Source: Eledone cirrhosa
Taxonomy: Eukaryota
NCBI GenBank assembly: GCA_964016885.1
Contig: OZ024760.1
Span: 13,206,001-13,270,000, forward strand
Reading direction: 5' to 3'
Length of the DNA stretch: 64,000 nucleotides
The translations under genes were made by a program, and so were the position numbers. Of this stretch, positions 59,127 to 64,000 are shown one piece after another. Numbering within the stretch: the first letter of the stretch is position 1; each line of letters opens with the position of its first letter. The notes below the pieces were generated by a model. The model was not told where the DNA came from. It saw nothing but the letters and a program-made list of their open reading frames with translations, and ran no database searches.

Positions 59127-61022
59127 CAGAGAGAGAGAGAGAGAGAGAGAAAGAGATCTATATATCTGTAGTTAAACACGTAACACATAACATATGTCTA
59201 TATATACATTGATGACAGATCATATTAAATAAATAAAATCATTATTATTATTAAATCCCGCCGAGGTTAACTTTGCCTTTCATATCTACAGGGGTCTATA
59301 AAATAAAGCACCAGTAATACACTGGGTCGATTTAATCGACTCCCCCCCCCCCTCTCTCTCCCCAAAATTGCAGGCCTTGTGCCTATAGTAGAAATCATAA
59401 TTATTATTATTCTGATAATTAGTAAATGCTATTTAGTAATTAGTAGTTGTAGTAGCAGTAACAATACGACTCTGACAATTAACAACAACAACAGCAACAA
59501 TAATAAATTATAAATGTAATGATTAGATATATAGTTGAACGTTGTATAAGATGTTACCTTGAAATAGAGGAGAGTTTGTAAGCAAATGGACGCATGGAAA
59601 TACAGCTTCCGTGGGACATCTCTCTTCTTCTCTTCTCTCCTGATTTGATCTGATCTGATCTTGTCTTAATAAAAACAATAGACTAAAAGGAAAACACACA
59701 CAAAGCCAGCCAACATTTGGTTTCTGGGGCCCACGACATACGAAACATTTGAGCTGAGTGGCACATCAAGACAGGCTATGGTAGGAGGAGAGATAGAGAG
59801 AGATAGGTAGGTAGAGAGAGAGGGGGGTAGATGATAAGTATACAGAGTGTGTGTGGAGAGATATTGAGGAGAGAGAGATAGATAGAGAGAGAGGGGGGTA
59901 GAAGATATATATACACAGAGGGTGTGCGGAGAGATAGATAGGCACACAGAGGGGGGGTAGAAGATAAATATACAGAGTGTGTGTGGAGAGATAGATAGAC
60001 AGAGAGAGGGGTAGATGATAAATATACTGAGTGTGTGGAGAGATAGAGAGGGAGATAGACAAAGAGAGAGGGGTAGAAGATAAGTATACAGGGTGTGTGA
60101 GGAGAGGAGAGAGATAGATAGACAGAGAGAGAGTGAGGGAGAGAGATAAGTGGCTTACAGAGAGAGACACACGATGTGTATAAAGTCAGTGAGAGAGGGG
60201 GAGACACGATGTATATAAGGTCAGACAGAGAGGGGGAGAGATATATATAAAGAGTGTGTGAGGAGAAAGAGAAAGTGAGAAAGGAGGGAGGGGTGAGTAG
60301 AAGCAAAAGATACAGTGGTCCATAAGGCGACGAAAGAACCTCTAAGTGGTTATAGGACCCGCTAGAAATAGCAGCCACATCTCCTTTTCACCATAAATTG
60401 CTGTCTTTAGAAAGGAAGGACACGTTATGTTATAGAATCTTATATACAACATGGTTAATATAGAAATATAAAATACAGACGTGATGGTCACATCTGGAAC
60501 ACTTTTTGATCATAAGTCTGATGACCTGAGGGTAAACAATATTTACAACCACCGGCACCACCACCACCACCACAAGGTTACCTATATATGATCGTACGAA
60601 TTGCTAGAAATAGCAGCAAAGCGGCCTCAAATTACACCGTAGTAACTTTATTTAAAGAAAAACAAGTAAATTATACTCTGAATAACGTATTCCTAGTTTA
60701 ATATTCCTTATTAATAGACAGGGCTGGTCACGATTGGAACGTATTTTGAACATATGGATCAGTCGTGTTACAACAACAACGTAAACAGTCACACAGGGCC
60801 AGACTAATGTTATGTGTGACTGTCACTAAATATTGTGGGTGGTGGCGGTAGGGTGGTGGTAGTGTTGGCGGTGGTGATGGGGGTGGCGGGGGAGTGGATC
60901 TTTGAAAATTACCTGTCATATAATTCTTTATTTAAACTTTTAAAGAGGAAGTGAGTAATATATATATACAGTATATATATCGAAACCGCTGGGCGCCGCG
61001 GTCGCGATGTAACACATCTCTC

Positions 61023-61068
<46 letters not shown>

Positions 61069-61555
61069 GAGAGAGAGAGAGGGCATGTGGTCGCAGTTGG
61101 CAGGAGTCTAACATTTTGAGAAGGTGGGTGAAGAGCATGCGACCCCAGTTGGCAGGGGCCAATGATTTTTAGGATTTGCCGGTGCTGGTAGAGCGGGGCG
61201 GTATGTGAACCAGTTATGGTGGAGCTACGATCATGGCTTACTCACTGAATCATGAACAAGGACTAAATAAACACAAACATGACTACATCAATAACAACAA
61301 CACCAATATTTACAATGTTTTGTTTACCTTTCCTGGTGTGTTGTCTGTTATCACATTGTAAGGCTAACGGTGTTATCTCAGCATGTGTCACAAACCACCA
61401 CTTCTCATTCTCTACTGTGGTATGTGGTGCAGGATATTTATATGTGTGTGTGTGTAGGTATGCATGATACCCCCTCCCCCATGTATATATATATATATAT
61501 ATACACATATATAAACCAATAAAACTTTGTGTCATTGCTCTGCGCATTTGCCTTG

Positions 61556-61628
<73 letters not shown>

Positions 61629-61633
<5 letters not shown>

Positions 61634-61765
61634 AATTAAAAGATGGTTAAAAAACATCTTTTAATTTCTTCTTTATTTATACTCCAGTTCTACCAACTGT
61701 TGAGTGGTACTTATCTGATATATGCATAGTTTTATTGTTCTAAAAGATTACTCACATCCTACATT
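61629..61765 (+). mobile_element. Minimal diverged copy related to the 35844-38465 family
   Basis: 15-bp inverted arms followed by a tail homologous to 38379-38465 (ATACTCCAGT...CTCACATCCTACA). Confidence 0.65.
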
Positions 61766-61870
61766 ATATATATATATATTGTTATACTTTGGGAGAGTCA
61801 TGCTGCCAAAGTATATGTTTTAACGGACGTTTTCAGATTAGAAATCTTGCAAAACAAATTCAAAAACGAA

Positions 61871-61907
<37 letters not shown>

Positions 61908-61908
61908 T

Positions 61909-61973
<65 letters not shown>

Positions 61974-62139
61974 AAAGTTCAATTTACATTGTTGGGATAC
62001 AACAAGCAAATATTATTATAACTGATATAAAGCACTCGACAAATATTTGGAGTAGATATACAATATTTAACTTGGTATCCTTGAAATATATGTAATGAAA
62101 TAAATATGGTTTTATGGATATAGTTTCCATTTGTTAATA

Positions 62140-62202
<63 letters not shown>

Positions 62203-62221
62203 TATATACATATATATATAC

Positions 62222-62252
<31 letters not shown>

Positions 62253-62267
62253 CATATATATACATAC

Positions 62268-62298
<31 letters not shown>

Positions 62299-62305
62299 CA
62301 TATAT

Positions 62306-62409
<104 letters not shown>

Positions 62410-62516
62410 ATATATATATACATATATATAAATATATATACATATATATATATACATATATATAAATATATATACATATATATATACATATATATAAATA
62501 TATATCATATATATAA

Positions 62517-62567
<51 letters not shown>

Positions 62568-62649
62568 CATATACATATATATAAATATATATCATATATA
62601 TAAATATATATACATATATATATATATATACATATACATATACATATAC

Positions 62650-62683
<34 letters not shown>

Positions 62684-62697
62684 ATACATATATATAC

Positions 62698-62728
<31 letters not shown>

Positions 62729-62761
62729 CATACATATATATATATACATACATATATATAT

Positions 62762-62806
<45 letters not shown>

Positions 62807-62832
62807 CATACATATATATATACATACATATA

Positions 62833-62864
<32 letters not shown>

Positions 62865-62972
62865 CATATATATATGTATATTTGTGAATATAATCACTTA
62901 TTTCCTAATGTTTGTTGGGTGAGTTGGAATTTGGCCGGAGTATCGCTAAAAAGCTTTCTCCTATATTGTATT

Positions 62973-63112
<140 letters not shown>

Positions 63113-63121
63113 CATATATGC

Positions 63122-63160
<39 letters not shown>

Positions 63161-63163
63161 CAT

Positions 63164-63245
<82 letters not shown>

Positions 63246-63382
63246 ATGCTTTGGGAGGGTCATATTGCCAATATTGGCAACATGACCCTCCCAAAGCATA
63301 ACAATATCGGTTTCAACACACGTTTTCAGATAAAGAATCTTGCTAAACAAATTCAGAAACGAAATATATATATATACATATA

Positions 63383-63680
63383 TATATATTTCAAAGGTAC
63401 TGTGTTGTTTTTTCAGTACGTCCTTATCATCAGACAAAATATATAATTTGATATATGACATACCACTACGTTCTTGATTATACAATTCCAGTATTATACA
63501 ATTCCAGTATTGCCAATACTGGAATTGTATAATCAAGACCGTAGCGGTATGTCATATATCAAATCATATATTTTGTCTGATGAGGACGTACTGAAAAAAC
63601 AAGACAGTACCTTTGAAATATATATAATAAAGTATATATTTTGATTATGAGAATATTTTTCATTTGTTAATATTTTGAAT
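63383..63680 (+). mobile_element. PLE-type foldback with hammerhead (63571-63632)
   Basis: Palindrome centred near 63513; TTTTGT-CTGATGA(63577)-stem II GTACTG/CAGTAC-GAAA(63615)-TATATA-TA-ATAAAG. Confidence 0.78.
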
Positions 63681-63722
63681 AATATATAATATATATATAC
63701 ATATACATATAAATACATGAAA

Positions 63723-63803
63723 GCTCTGCTGATGAATGAAATCCAACCGTGACCATCTCCACTGAAAGTTTTCATGAAATAGTCTTTTAAGACTATACAG
63801 AGC
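63723..63803 (+). ncRNA. Type I hammerhead ribozyme with full stem III
   Basis: GCTCTG-CTGATGA-ATGAAA..TTTCAT-GAAA-TAGTCT(ttta)AGACTA-TA-CAGAGC; all three stems pair perfectly. Confidence 0.88.
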
Positions 63804-64000
63804 ATTTGATGTTATTCCAAATTGAAGGATAAGTGTTTCAAACTTTATTTTATCATGAGTTAAAGGTCTATAGATTTTTCCCTGGATTTCACTAAATTCT
63901 GTGGATGAATTTATATCCTGATTCTCTTTTGAGATGAGTTTGAGTTATTTTTCCTAAATCTTTCGTTAACTACTTTTCCCATCTTGACGTTATAGTCGCA

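Overview
Animal genomic DNA, extremely rich in (TA)n/(CA)n/(GA)n/(CAC)n microsatellites. The tRNA-derived SINEs and repeat landscape resemble Octopus/coleoid cephalopod DNA (inference). Nearly all ORF-track entries are microsatellite artefacts. Two spliced genes converge. (1) A divergent calmodulin-like gene on + (candidate ATG exon 1183-1185; exons 12526-12568, 19637-19780, 25236-25478; terminal exon 40550-40578). A candidate second terminal exon at 27048-27094 would change the EF-hand-4 position-12 ligand from Glu to Asp and replace the last helix. (2) A complete 10-coding-exon GTPBP1 on - (49855 to 43128, about 703 aa). Introns and flanks contain several families of Penelope-like (PLE) foldback insertions in (TA)n tracts, many carrying type I hammerhead ribozyme motifs. 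One has 823-bp inverted arms around a GIY-YIG endonuclease fragment. There is also a 420-nt hammerhead-containing retrozyme-like insertion with a target-site duplication, a 2.1-kb satellite grown from a TTAA-type MITE, Tc1/mariner-type MITEs, Tx1/L1-like 3' fragments, many SINEs and minisatellites. All calls come from manual reading; no database searches were run.
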